From positions 1 through 37,230 of IMG/VR virus record IMGVR_UViG_3300034682_000022: a stretch of DNA of 37,230 nucleotides. One strand, 5' to 3'. This stretch comes from a virus. Lineage: Duplodnaviria > Caudoviricetes. This document shows, in pieces, positions 9,301 to 16,553 of this stretch (positions within the stretch are counted from its first letter, which is position 1; the number at the start of each line of letters is the position of its first letter). The notes below the pieces were generated by a model. The model ran no database searches and had not been told where the DNA came from. It saw only the letters and a program-made list of their open reading frames with translations. The translations under genes and the position numbers were made by a program.

Positions 9301-10348
9301 TGGTAAGTGCGCCAGACTCGGGCACCTTCTCTGTGGCGCGGATGGTGTCGGCGGCAGCTTGTGCAGGGGTACTCATGCCCTCAACGCCACCGGCCACGAT
9401 GGCACCAGGCCCCGCACCAATCGCGGTTTCCACCATCGTGCGGCCCAAGTCGTCCGTCAAACTGCGCGCCGGGTCGATCTTCCCGGCTTCGTAGTTCGTG
9501 GTGAGCTTTGGCGCCACTTCCTCGATCTGTTCGCCAGCAAGTTCTGCACCGAACGCTCCTGCAGTCCGTCGCAGCGCAGTTCCTGCTCCTGCACCTGGCT
9601 GACCTAGCAAAGCCTTCTCCAATCCCAGCTTGCCAGACACTGCGCCTGCCACTCCACCAACCACACCCGGCATGATGGAGCCGTCAAGCGCAACCTGCTC
9701 AGCCTGCTCAGCAGACATGCCCTGGGCCAGCGCGGCCCGCTTCAAGTCTTCATAGGCCTCACCGCGCGCCCCGCCTGCGTTCAGTGCAGCATTGGTGGCC
9801 ATCGCCGTGCGCGTGCCGTACTGCGCAGCCAGCGCTGCCTCGCCAGCAGCGCCCACACCGCGCGCGGCGGCCACACCCTTTGCCGCAGCACCTGCCAACG
9901 CCCCCGTGCCCAGAGTGGCTGCCATGCTCGGCAAGTTCGTCGCCACCAGGCGTGCCGCCTGCGCAGGGTCGTTCCAGTATTCAGATGCAGCGGTCCCGAT
10001 CTGGGACATCACACCTTCTTTGCCTGCCTCTTGAATGCGCTGATCGGTCGCAGCAATGCGCTTCTTGAGCACATCGCTCTGCTTGTCGCGCCAGTAATCG
10101 GCGTTGTCGCGGAAGAACTCCGCCGTGGCCCCATCAGGTGCAACGATGGATGGAACTGCACCAAGGGTGGTGTTTACGCCCTCGGCCAGCTGTACCACCG
10201 TATCGCCCACAGCCTGGCCCCAGGTGCGCTTTTCTGGCTCTGCGGCTGCAGTCGCCTCCGTTGACTCAGGTGTGTAAGCGATTCCCTCGTTGATGAGGTC
10301 TTGAATCGAGTAAGCGCGCTGCGGCGCCGCCTTTTTCTTTGTTGCCAT
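326..10348 (-). CDS. Giant polyvalent internal virion/ejection protein (3340 aa) with ParB-like, FtsK-gamma-like, LPD, two HExxH/HExxxH zincin, ART-PolyVal and PLxRFG domains
   Basis: Motifs: IVSSDGHIIDGHH (ParB-like, ~7625-7960); ITDFGQKIGGARKD; FGFRGVEFGNWV...GSLGHEWWHALD (~5890); HEVLGHYGL (~5050); VVYHGT...GFFFA...VMPVYLSLQNP...GHDGVI (ART-like, 2980-3575); YFPLARFG (~2400). ATG at 10348; alternative GTG at 10372. Confidence 0.9.
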   Translation of the reverse strand: MATKKKAAPQRAYSIQDLINEGIAYTPESTEATAAAEPEKRTWGQAVGDTVVQLAEGVNTTLGAVPSIVAPDGATAEFFRDNADYWRDKQSDVLKKRIAATDQRIQEAGKEGVMSQIGTAASEYWNDPAQAARLVATNLPSMAATLGTGALAGAAAKGVAAARGVGAAGEAALAAQYGTRTAMATNAALNAGGARGEAYEDLKRAALAQGMSAEQAEQVALDGSIMPGVVGGVAGAVSGKLGLEKALLGQPGAGAGTALRRTAGAFGAELAGEQIEEVAPKLTTNYEAGKIDPARSLTDDLGRTMVETAIGAGPGAIVAGGVEGMSTPAQAAADTIRATEKVPESGALTKAVNAGVEAKAQAVEAGAPVPIQPGSEQTAEAAPEAVDDPVRDQILALPDGARQDALRAYAVVNRTDVAKGVQQYNRKLLDRLLAENAPPPVLGERLTETDMGSMLGGGGMAGRADPLAGALGMNNEAQANSITNVANVAERRPPMPASDAARMLDEARNRGLDLAVAEHPGGGFVLVPPSWVTPDMAAQGEARLKETIARMQQADAAPVERAPRTRTDGVGLDLQTDPAQNYLDNLRGVNTPAARAYVRDFDAGRITPADVQQRMQAERGLTPEQRIARAAAEAPAQTDPVADRLARAAAQGMATPAPTDILNPAGEPFKTRMAADRAAKKTPGAVVPVEGGFVVRPQEPVNVQDVPQAPEVPQAAAAVSQPGQAAQAVGAQPAGPATTAPAAGTGAVETAGVTAKSPQKEPQTDTDKAQAAIENVANDTPQPQSVPVGDEQQFAPETGTLGIPRAEMPQIPSQSHGGLVKHLNAQGIAHETTMVEAAELKPTQAEYSPAKVEAAKTAAGDRAVIVSSDGHIIDGHHQALAAAEEGKPVKAIVLDAPVEQALEAVKNSPSAAPRAGQANDEQEGPYARAVEFVRSTGEVKRPAIQDALGVSYAEVNALLDRMEREGVVTAAKPNGARSLVKPAAQPDTPKLTPAEAKSLMAWEDLGQKDGVKTHALTFYESQADKDAKRGRMIVAKASKGDRSATAWMVDGEDKTFGALAQAKKLAEEVGMAKVVADGFVEQGATKPTVAAKPAATATAGAPITDFGQKIGGARKDVWSGFKDDLNKVMDDDIAGQPLAKVWPAPDYQKLIDAGMDAKAVAAVRALRDEVPAKPRAAWKVKRWAEQVKTLRGLANDVMDGKITVQDMERMGANKGTSLRGMMGRIELYELVGHAKSLEGVRFAEHHYTLYRGRENVNLWVVEKDAGASAFSNWPREIAIGDTKEQALAAFREKYDSLDLQNAVRKASFDIFSERTSNGFFIGKKIGRNYAKLEGPFATVKEAREYRQNNLPALEAKLEKYKEIPRERADVNQPRVGVDMRNGQDVTPQMFSDVFGFRGVEFGNWVEQKRRQKDLNDAFDALMDMAAVLDIPTKAISLNGKLGLAFGARGSGGVNPAAAHYEPDSVVINLTKKEGAGSLGHEWWHALDNYFAKQRKVNRGSFMTTGTDVGLAARGKDYYYEGGIRQEMIDAFGAVVKAINQTAMKARAAKLDGKRSKEYWTTGEEMSARAFESYLISKLQDQDASNDYLANVVSEKTWDAMAALGMENDGSYPYPTAAEIPAIRAGFDHFFQTVETKEDDAGNVAMFSRVPAGLTADEAVAMFNAANPASPEASSADRRMSDERKSAAERMVTGLRQRWSKAPEIIVARNMQDDQIPQAVRDYDTTLKSQGATGEARGFIYKGKVYLLSEQLNGARDVAEVLFHEVLGHYGLHGAFGDALTPILKQVAALHKPAVQAKAQEYGLDMANEAQRLQAAEEVLAEMAQTKPELGYVKRAIAAIRTWLRANVPGFKRLALTDAEIIRSYILPARGFVERGRVASGAAVGALDPAFSLGAGGMQSGGLAPMSPSPAKTPLYEAFRQLARFGDAFQLRGSNATELADIAQDMQEGVTQAAKFTAGPSTALHRGTRKKTLALYTDGLDGEQHKLLDIFEADSGRPFVVIGNSDVGQDKGGAKAYQIAFAWAHNNGKTMRPDPAGLTVINRLRRSEAMISSALRFGTTRHLEPHADQYIALAPTTRRLGAEPEDTHYSGNPQLHGELEAIKEKLWTPGDGAATIATNVQHLIEASAQIARMREPALRDLEVVGGTLRNRRLESSVPLGDLDAGAQDATRSLAGVALQPSRTGVGRTTAIRYAITASVARAVSDGPSASTGADRQERGGRGPGDAAAVRAIGQTLGRLDGGAPAGLNGILYSRTAGDQTQTDAFKRWFKGSKVVDAEGKPLVVYHGTNADISVFDPNKLGKASGAQSAKLGFFFASDPAVASSYANTFDEYRDTKLGRFMQRITFGAFEPFSEGVLRLVGKTAKNTGGNVMPVYLSLQNPKIVDYAGADYRDRTYAEVIQEAKAAGHDGVILRSTYDAGYVDGGDALTDVYVVFDNTQVKSTIGNNGDFDPANPDIRFSRTTDAAKAVGDTLKSITATHIKQRAGFKLTDYLGIGLQALGRRQIVDIYGDLVPLAEYNRLVQQMEADKNEGGAEADQLVTRWAKLDDEAKLADLMHDATLAQIDPAEDLVDGDDKGKYLELRRKYNLLSDDAKKVYADTRDSYKSHHAKVRSAIKERIERSEIKGERKAALLKQMDDEFFKAVKGVYFPLARFGQYAVTVKGPDGKVESVSRAETKAEAEALRNNLLSAFPRDKGFTVGRVMLSKDFIADRDAVGRGFMTELYQVLDKQDMDAAQRAELEDTLGQLYLSSLPDLSWAKHGIHRKGTPGFSQDARRAFAQNMFHGARYLAKLRYSDLMQDELAAMQRHVDDWREVEDFDQNSAQRVVDEMNKRHESLMNPKSNPVSTALTSLGFVFHLGLSPASAMVNLSQTALVAYPIMGAKWGYGKASAALLKASAEAAKGKNDITASLNADELAAYNEAVRAGTIDVTMAHDLAGIAQGEDMGVMWKIRPVMRWASFLFHHAERFNRQVTFVAAYRLAREAGADHKAAFEQATKATYDGHFDYGAANRPRFMQGNVAKVLLLFKQYGQNMVYTLARNAQQAIKGESPEVRAQARKALGGLLATHAAAAGVLGLPMVTTLLAAASMIGGDDDEPWDAKVALQNMLADTLGQKPAEVLAHGLSRLTPWDISGRVGLDRLIFPDVQEGLEGQRLGEAAMAAALGPVAGIGINVLKGLQDMSQGQYARGLEAMMPAALRGPIKAIRYESEGVQDKTGVVIQDEVSLAGVAGQFLGFSPSEVRNATEGKSAIYQQDRALGERRQELLAKAARATMAKDAEARAEAMQEIQRFNQKNPGQRITPLNVLQSVRNRQKRIDQAEGGVYLPKNRRDAMEAGRFAVVD

Positions 10349-10389
10349 GTGCCGGGCCTTGTGGCGGCCCACCGCGGGCCGTACCGGCT

Positions 10390-10419
10390 ACTCTGGCCCC
10401 GGTTTCCTCGGAGTCAACG
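10390..10419 (-). promoter_or_regulatory. Putative phage late promoter (CGTTGACTCCG box) for the giant gene
   Basis: CGTTGACTCCG at 10419-10409; TTGACT-16 nt-CAGAGT; intergenic. Confidence 0.7.
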
Positions 10420-10425
10420 TAGCCA

Positions 10426-12276
10426 TCACCGGCCAAAGACGATGCGGCGGATCTGCGCCTTCTGCTCCGGCGGAAGCGTGCCAAAGCCAGGCATGCTCTG
10501 CACTGCTTGGGCTGCGGCTGGGTCACCGCTAGCAATGGCGGCGCTCGCGGCATCCGTCACAGCCTTGATACGCTGCGCCTCCTGCTCCATTGATGCCGTG
10601 CGCGCCGCCTCGCGCGAAGCCTGTGCTTTCCCGGCTGGGCTATCTGCTGGGGGTGTGTAAGGCTCAGCCTTCTTTGAGACGCCCCCGCCCATCGTGGCCA
10701 AGACTTTGGGAGCCGCCGGGCCGCCCTCCGCCCCCTGCCGCGCACTAGGCGCAGGTGCAGCGCCTTGCCTGGCGCCAGCCGGGGCCTTGAAGCCCATGCC
10801 CTCCAGCGTCTTGGCATCCATCACCTGCAGCGCCTCGGAATAGGATTTGGCATAGGCTGCTGGGTCGCTTCGCGCAGCGCGCAGTTCGGCCCCCACGGTT
10901 GCGGCCACATGGCGATTTCGGTTTTCCGTCGCAAAGGCGTCTTCCATGCTGCGGTAAATCTGCTGGGCACGTTTCCCCTGCTCTTGGGGCGACAGCGGCC
11001 GGCCCTTGTCGTCCACCGCTGCAGCAGCCTGCTCAAACGCTACCGCCTGGGCTTTCTTGCTGTCGAAGTTAGCCAATGGGTCAAAGGCCTGCGGGGTGTC
11101 GCCGCCAGCTGCAGCGCGGCCACCACCACTACCACCACCGCCACCATTTGCCCGCGCTTCCAACGCACCCAGGCGCCGCTCGGCAATATCCGCCTGGCGC
11201 TCGGAAACAGCAGTCCGGCGCTCGTTCAGGTTGAACGTGCGGTTCTTGTCGAAGCGGTTGAAATAGCTCTCTGCCTGCCCAATGGCGTCCAGCTCAGACA
11301 GGGCGTTGATCGTCTGCACGTTGCCGCTCTGATCGCGCACCTTGATGACACGCGCAGGCACGCCGTCGGCACCTGGCACCATCTGGTCAGACACCACGGC
11401 AGCCGGGTCCAGCTTCACGCTGCCCGTTTGGTTGAACTGCTCAATCACCTTCTCCAGCGGCGCACCGCCCTGGGCCAGTTTCAGCGCTTTGCCATAGCCT
11501 TCTTCCGTCACCTTCTGGAATCGCTCGGCATACTGCAGCAACTCTGCTGGGTCAGCCTTCCCCTTGGATGCTTTGTACGCCAACAGCCGCCCGTTGTCCG
11601 CCAAAGACTCGGCCACAGAATACGCTGGGCGCTGCGGCATGGGCGGCGGCGCCCCAAGAGTCTCAGGTGCGGCGCCACTCTTGAGCTTTGCCTGGTACTG
11701 CTCGTAGGCTTGCATCTGCGTGGCGTAGTCTCCTATGCGCTTGCCATAGGCCGTCTGTGCAAATTCTGCCTGCAGTCCCCTTTTGTACTCGTCATCTTCG
11801 GTCGCCTGCTTGTCTTCCCGCTCCCAGCGCTTGTCATCCCGTTCACCTTGCTTCGCCTCGCGCTGCATGCGCATTCCCTGAAGAGGGTCATATTTCGAGA
11901 CAACATCGGCCATGGCCTTGAACTTGGCGCCGCTCACTTGTTCTGGGGTCATCGACCCTTCAATGCGTTTGCCAAGAAACTCCGTCATAGGCCGCGCGCG
12001 GGCGACCTCCACGGGCTGGGCTGGCCCCATTTCATCCTCTGCCAGCTTTGGCGTGGCCATGTAGGCCTTCGTACCCTCGTCGTAGCCAATCTGCTTGGAT
12101 GAGTCTGCTGCAGCCGCCTGCACCTTGGCGCTGTCCTCGTCCGTCAGCTCCTCTGACTGCACTGGCTTGGCATTGGCTACGTTAGCAATCTCATAGGCCT
12201 GCCCAACCTGGCGGGTGGCATTGAATGCGGCGTTGAAGTTGTTTAAAAAGTCCTGCACCCCAGATCGTCGTGCCAT
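10426..12276 (-). CDS. Putative internal virion/DNA ejection protein (616 aa)
   Basis: Ala/Gln-rich, helical-looking protein directly upstream of the giant gene, the usual position of podovirus ejection proteins. Confidence 0.7.
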   Translation of the reverse strand: MARRSGVQDFLNNFNAAFNATRQVGQAYEIANVANAKPVQSEELTDEDSAKVQAAAADSSKQIGYDEGTKAYMATPKLAEDEMGPAQPVEVARARPMTEFLGKRIEGSMTPEQVSGAKFKAMADVVSKYDPLQGMRMQREAKQGERDDKRWEREDKQATEDDEYKRGLQAEFAQTAYGKRIGDYATQMQAYEQYQAKLKSGAAPETLGAPPPMPQRPAYSVAESLADNGRLLAYKASKGKADPAELLQYAERFQKVTEEGYGKALKLAQGGAPLEKVIEQFNQTGSVKLDPAAVVSDQMVPGADGVPARVIKVRDQSGNVQTINALSELDAIGQAESYFNRFDKNRTFNLNERRTAVSERQADIAERRLGALEARANGGGGGSGGGRAAAGGDTPQAFDPLANFDSKKAQAVAFEQAAAAVDDKGRPLSPQEQGKRAQQIYRSMEDAFATENRNRHVAATVGAELRAARSDPAAYAKSYSEALQVMDAKTLEGMGFKAPAGARQGAAPAPSARQGAEGGPAAPKVLATMGGGVSKKAEPYTPPADSPAGKAQASREAARTASMEQEAQRIKAVTDAASAAIASGDPAAAQAVQSMPGFGTLPPEQKAQIRRIVFGR

Positions 12277-12278
12277 GC

Positions 12279-13007
12279 TCAGCTCCTTATTTCGGCGTCA
12301 AGTTCATCTAGGTGCGACTGCAGCGCAAGCCTCATCGACCGCAGACTGTTTTTGTGCGAATCCAACAGGTGCGGGTGCTTAGCCCGCAAATATGCAGATT
12401 TCCCATCTCCCCACCAGGCCGTGCAGCCCATGCACTCGGGGGCACTGATCTTGTGGAAGTGGTCATAGATAGCGTTCTTTGGCGCGCCAACCTGGGCCAA
12501 ATAGTCAAAAACCTGTTGGTGCGTCCAATGCTTGATGGGGAGTAACACGTCATAAAACGGTGTCACGCCCTCAACAGGGATCTTCCCGCCATCGCAGACT
12601 TTGGTGCCGCGAATGACAGCATCCACACCATCGTCCACCATGCGGCGGTGCAATGGCTCCATGATGTTGTGATAGCAGCAGTCAAAGCGGTTGGTCAGCT
12701 GCACATCACCAAGACCATGCAGCACCCCTATGAAATGGGAGTTGGCTGGCAGCAAGTCGGTAGGCTGGCCATACGTTTCGCGCCACGCCTTCACATCCGA
12801 TCGCACCTCGATGAAGTTTGGAATCCACTGGCGCACCTCATCCACTACCGCCAGCGTTTCGGGCGGAGTTTCCCCGGCGTTCAGCCAGTACACAGCCGTC
12901 TTGTCCAACTGGTCGCGCAACAAATAAAGGCAAGCCAGCGAATCCTTCCCGCCAGAAAACTGCAAAGCAGGCGCCTTGAACCGGCTTAAATCAATTTGTG
13001 CCATCAC
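12279..13007 (-). CDS. PAPS/APS reductase family (PP-loop) protein with a CC-X80-CXXC motif
   Basis: FSGGKDS PP-loop, DAVIRG, PIKHWTHQQVFDYL, C110-C111 and C192-x-x-C195. Confidence 0.85.
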   Translation of the reverse strand: MMAQIDLSRFKAPALQFSGGKDSLACLYLLRDQLDKTAVYWLNAGETPPETLAVVDEVRQWIPNFIEVRSDVKAWRETYGQPTDLLPANSHFIGVLHGLGDVQLTNRFDCCYHNIMEPLHRRMVDDGVDAVIRGTKVCDGGKIPVEGVTPFYDVLLPIKHWTHQQVFDYLAQVGAPKNAIYDHFHKISAPECMGCTAWWGDGKSAYLRAKHPHLLDSHKNSLRSMRLALQSHLDELDAEIRS

Positions 13008-13858
13008 ATCAGTGACCCAACACCCATAGCCAAGCCACCCAGTCCGCCCATGATCCCGCCTGCGGTATCTCCCGACTGGCCGTAATAGTCCCGCGACTGC
13101 GTGCCATACATACCGGTGGCGTTCTGGCCCATCTGCCCAGCCATACTGCCAGCCATGCCATACCCCGCCGTGCGCCCTGCCGCAGCAGAATTCATCAAAG
13201 CAATCCCATTGCCACCAATCTGCGCGCCGCTGCCCGTGGCGCTCATGCCCATGGCGGGGTAGCCAGCCAGCGCATTGCTTGCGCGGTCGGTCAGCGCTCG
13301 GCCCTCGGCCCGCGCCGCTTGGCGTGCGCCGCTTTGAATGCTCGCCTTGGCCGTTGCCTGGGCCATGCTCATTTCTGCATCCATAGCAGAGGAGCGGCCT
13401 GAATTGGGGTTGATGCCCATGCGCGCCATGGCGCGGCCGGATGCCTGGCGCTGGTTGGCAAAGGCCTGCTCAACGTCTGCCCCCGCTTGGGCCGCCAGCT
13501 CAGCGCCGCGATTCTCCGCATTGAAGTCGCGTGCCTCGCCAATCATCTGGTCCTGCAGGCCTGTCAGCTGCCCACGGCGCTCCAGCGCGTACTGCCTGTC
13601 TGCCTGCGACTGCTCAAAGGCTGTGCGGTTGGCATCCAGCCCAAACCGCATTTGCTCCTCTTGCAAGGGCTGCATGGCTTCGGCAGACGCCACGATGCGG
13701 CCGATCATGTCGTCCTGAATGCCCATGGAGCGGATTTGCGCCTCAACCAGCCGCGGATCTGGGGCTGGCGCGCTCTGGCCCTTGCCGCCATACAGCCGCA
13801 TGCCACCGCCTGGCTTGGGCTCAAAAGCACCCAGTGGCAACATCAAGTGTTCATACAT
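13004..13858 (-). CDS. Putative ejection/DNA transfer protein (284 aa)
   Basis: GGKGQSAPAPDP N-terminal motif, coiled-coil middle and Gly/Met/Ala-rich C-terminus, typical of pilot/ejection proteins. Confidence 0.7.
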   Translation of the reverse strand: MYEHLMLPLGAFEPKPGGGMRLYGGKGQSAPAPDPRLVEAQIRSMGIQDDMIGRIVASAEAMQPLQEEQMRFGLDANRTAFEQSQADRQYALERRGQLTGLQDQMIGEARDFNAENRGAELAAQAGADVEQAFANQRQASGRAMARMGINPNSGRSSAMDAEMSMAQATAKASIQSGARQAARAEGRALTDRASNALAGYPAMGMSATGSGAQIGGNGIALMNSAAAGRTAGYGMAGSMAGQMGQNATGMYGTQSRDYYGQSGDTAGGIMGGLGGLAMGVGSLM

Positions 13859-14273
13859 ACCGGCAATCCTTTCGCCACATCACGTAAATCAGCACATCGC
13901 CGCCATCCGGCGCCGCGCCTTTTAAAGTCGCCTCCACCTGGTAGCCAAAGTGCTCATTCAACCGCCGCGCTGCCAGGTTGGAAGAATTCACATAGCCGCT
14001 CAGGCGCTGCACCCCGCACACCAGGAAGGGGTACGCGAAACCGGCACGCAAGAAATCGCGCGTCATCCAGCGCTGCCCAGGCACGCCAGCCAGGTGCACC
14101 CACATGTTCTGCCCGTTGAAACCCTCGTACACGGCAGCCGCTACCAGCTCGCCGTCTTTGCGCAGGCCAATGCAACGCATGCCATCTGTGCGGGCAAGAC
14201 CAGGTATCAGGCTCTGCGTGAATGGCAGCACCTGCTCCAGGTCGTAATCAAAAGATTGGGATGGATCAGACAC
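13851..14273 (-). CDS. GNAT-fold acetyltransferase-like virion assembly protein
   Basis: IGLRKDGELVAAAVY...FAYPF...GYVNSSNLAARRLNEHFGYQVEATL is a GNAT pattern. It precedes the ejection genes as in other podoviruses. Alternative GTG start at 14294. Confidence 0.8.
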   Translation of the reverse strand: MSDPSQSFDYDLEQVLPFTQSLIPGLARTDGMRCIGLRKDGELVAAAVYEGFNGQNMWVHLAGVPGQRWMTRDFLRAGFAYPFLVCGVQRLSGYVNSSNLAARRLNEHFGYQVEATLKGAAPDGGDVLIYVMWRKDCRYV

Positions 14274-14310
14274 ATCTTCCCCGCGTAGGCCCACTGCAGG
14301 CCTGCCGTTT

Positions 14311-14340
14311 ACTGTCGGGGAGGATTTGCCGGAGTCAACG
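14311..14340 (-). promoter_or_regulatory. Putative phage late promoter (CGTTGACTCCG box) for the GNAT/ejection module
   Basis: CGTTGACTCCG at 14340-14330; TTGACT-16 nt-GACAGT; intergenic. Confidence 0.7.
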
Positions 14341-14346
14341 CAAGAT

Positions 14347-14784
14347 CTAGGCGCTGATGGGTGGCATGCTTGCCACGGGAGTCGGCCACTTGATAGCGGA
14401 TGGGTCTGGTTGCTTGGTCACATCGCGCAGGGCTTGGCGGTATTCCAGCCACTCAACTTCCACAGGAACACCGGTTTCTGCAGCGCGAAGCAGCCGCCAA
14501 TCTGTAGCCGTTAGCAGCCTGTCACGCTCAGCGCGCACGGCAGCCCATGCCTTCTCTACTGAAAGGTTCCAAGCCTTGGCCTTGTAGTCAAAGGTATGCT
14601 GCGGGCCCGGCCGGGGCGGCATATCCAAAAGCTGCCCACCATCCACATACTGACCACCATGGGACGCCTTCCCTTTTGCCAGCGTGAGCCCAGGTTTGCG
14701 CTGCAGATCCAGCATGCTCTCTGGGCACTGGCCCGCCATCACGATACGGCCGTCATCGTCGTACAGGTAAAAATCCACTGTCAT
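14347..14784 (-). CDS. Tail fibre assembly chaperone
   Basis: WAAVRAERDRLLTATDW...WLEYRQALRDVTKQP...WP signature; ATGA overlap with the upstream gene. Confidence 0.85.
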   Translation of the reverse strand: MTVDFYLYDDDGRIVMAGQCPESMLDLQRKPGLTLAKGKASHGGQYVDGGQLLDMPPRPGPQHTFDYKAKAWNLSVEKAWAAVRAERDRLLTATDWRLLRAAETGVPVEVEWLEYRQALRDVTKQPDPSAIKWPTPVASMPPISA

Positions 14785-16553
14785 CGCTTGACCCCCAAAA
14801 CCGTCAGGCCACAACTGCCATAACCAGTTTCCACCGTGGTGTAGATGACAAATGTGTGCACGCCTGGCTGAACGTCAACAAAACGGCTCATGGCTCCAAG
14901 CGTCCAGTCAATCGGGATCTCCGACTGTAGGTCCACGCCGTTGTGGCGTAGCAGCCATGGCAGTCGATTCCGACCATCTCCCTGCGTGAAGGTGCCCACA
15001 AGCATGAATCGGGTTGGGACATCCGTGCTCAACACCACCTCGGCACGGTAAGAGCCAAAAGCCCCGCCAGGAATCGTTACCGCATTACCTGCGATGTTGA
15101 TGGTGCTCACCGCATTGATGGCGTCCGCAGTCAGGGTGCCCGAAAAAGACCCACTCGCCGCCTGCAGCGCTCCCTTGAACGTACCGGTGGCTGCAGACAA
15201 CTCGCCTTTGAATGTGCCAGTGGCCGCAGCCAGCGCCCCGGAAAACGTGGCGTCCCCCTGGATGTTGAGCTTCGTTCCGCTCCATGTGAGGGCCGACCCC
15301 AGCGAAAACCGTCCATCGTTGCCCAGGTAGAACCCTGGCCCGACACCATAAGGGGCTGTTCTCAGGCCATCCTGGTCGATGGCAATGCCAGAAATCGCAC
15401 CGTAGTTGGCAAACACGCCGCCGCGTACAACCACCTCACGAAAGTCCGCAAGGCCATCGCCCGTGATGCGCCACCCTTTGGCGTTGGTGGGGTTGTAGGT
15501 TGTACTCTGGATGTACTGCCCGACAGCGATGGACCCGGCCTTGATCTTGTCCGCCGACAAGTCTTTGATCTTCGCGTTGTCGATGGCCGCATTGGCGATC
15601 TTGGCATTGGTGATCGTGCCGTTTTTGATAAAGCCGTCTTCGATGTAAACCCCGGCTGGCACATCCACGCCATTGATCGTTGTCGGCGTCGTCTGGACGA
15701 TGAACGGCCGGGTGGAGCTAATCGCACCATCGGTAGATGGCGCCCCCACATAGAACCTGTTGGCCAGCACCCCGAAGTCGATGCTGGGCCCGCGCTCTGC
15801 GCTGTTGGTCCCCATCAGGCCATAGCCGCCAATCAGCCGCCGCCCATCAGCCGCCACCTGCACGCGCATGCCGTACTGCGTGGCTAGGTACTTCACCCCC
15901 ACCATCGAGTCGTCGATGACTTGCGACAGCTCGGTGTTCAGCTCCGAGCCAGTGATTTGACCATTGAGCGCATCCAGCAGCCGCTGCACATCCTCGCCCG
16001 TGCGAACCTGCAGCCCATTGATGCCGCCCGCAGGTGTGACCGACTCCACGCCGTCGCGCGTGCGCCAGGTGATCCACATGTGCCAGATCGTGGCCGGGTC
16101 GGTGGGGTATCCATACACCTCACCAATAAAGTCGGCAATCTTCGCGGCCTGGGCAAAGGTCGGCAGCGGGTCGCCGCTATTGCGCTTGGCGCCATAAACA
16201 ATGGTTCGGTCATGGCCGCGCCCCTGTGTGTAGGTCGGGGCATCGTGCGAAATGAACACATTGGTAATCCCCGCCTCCAGCGCGAACCCAGTAGGTGTAG
16301 GCGGCGGGGTAAGGTCTTCCGTCTCGTCCTCTACGGGGATACGCGGATATACGATCCCTGGTCGAATGGTCGTGTTGGGCCCACGACCTCCACCATACTC
16401 AAGCAGCCCAATATCCGTCAGGTCGCGCAGAGTCAACCCCTTGTCCAGCGGGTCGCCGCGTGTGCCCATGTAGGTCTGCAGCGCTTCGCGCACCCGCGCC
16501 TCAAAGTTGGGCGAGCCAGGCGCCGGGATGTCTAGGCGTTTGTCCTCGCTCAT
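14781..16553 (-). CDS. Tail tip/fibre protein (DUF1983-like, 590 aa)
   Basis: FGVLANRFYV...PFIVQT...GVYIEDGFIKNGTITNAKIANAAIDNAKI pattern; 11-aa GxLxAATGTF repeats at ~15130-15250. Confidence 0.8.
   Translation of the reverse strand: MSEDKRLDIPAPGSPNFEARVREALQTYMGTRGDPLDKGLTLRDLTDIGLLEYGGGRGPNTTIRPGIVYPRIPVEDETEDLTPPPTPTGFALEAGITNVFISHDAPTYTQGRGHDRTIVYGAKRNSGDPLPTFAQAAKIADFIGEVYGYPTDPATIWHMWITWRTRDGVESVTPAGGINGLQVRTGEDVQRLLDALNGQITGSELNTELSQVIDDSMVGVKYLATQYGMRVQVAADGRRLIGGYGLMGTNSAERGPSIDFGVLANRFYVGAPSTDGAISSTRPFIVQTTPTTINGVDVPAGVYIEDGFIKNGTITNAKIANAAIDNAKIKDLSADKIKAGSIAVGQYIQSTTYNPTNAKGWRITGDGLADFREVVVRGGVFANYGAISGIAIDQDGLRTAPYGVGPGFYLGNDGRFSLGSALTWSGTKLNIQGDATFSGALAAATGTFKGELSAATGTFKGALQAASGSFSGTLTADAINAVSTINIAGNAVTIPGGAFGSYRAEVVLSTDVPTRFMLVGTFTQGDGRNRLPWLLRHNGVDLQSEIPIDWTLGAMSRFVDVQPGVHTFVIYTTVETGYGSCGLTVLGVKR

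Noticed and set aside
10259-10269. Near-match CGTTGACTCAG to the promoter box on the plus strand
   Set aside because: One mismatch, opposite orientation, inside coding sequence and with no A-tract; probably chance.
12279-13007. Calling the PP-loop gene cysH or dndC
   Set aside because: It lacks the CysH C-terminal catalytic motif, is much shorter than DndC, and has no cys or dnd neighbours.
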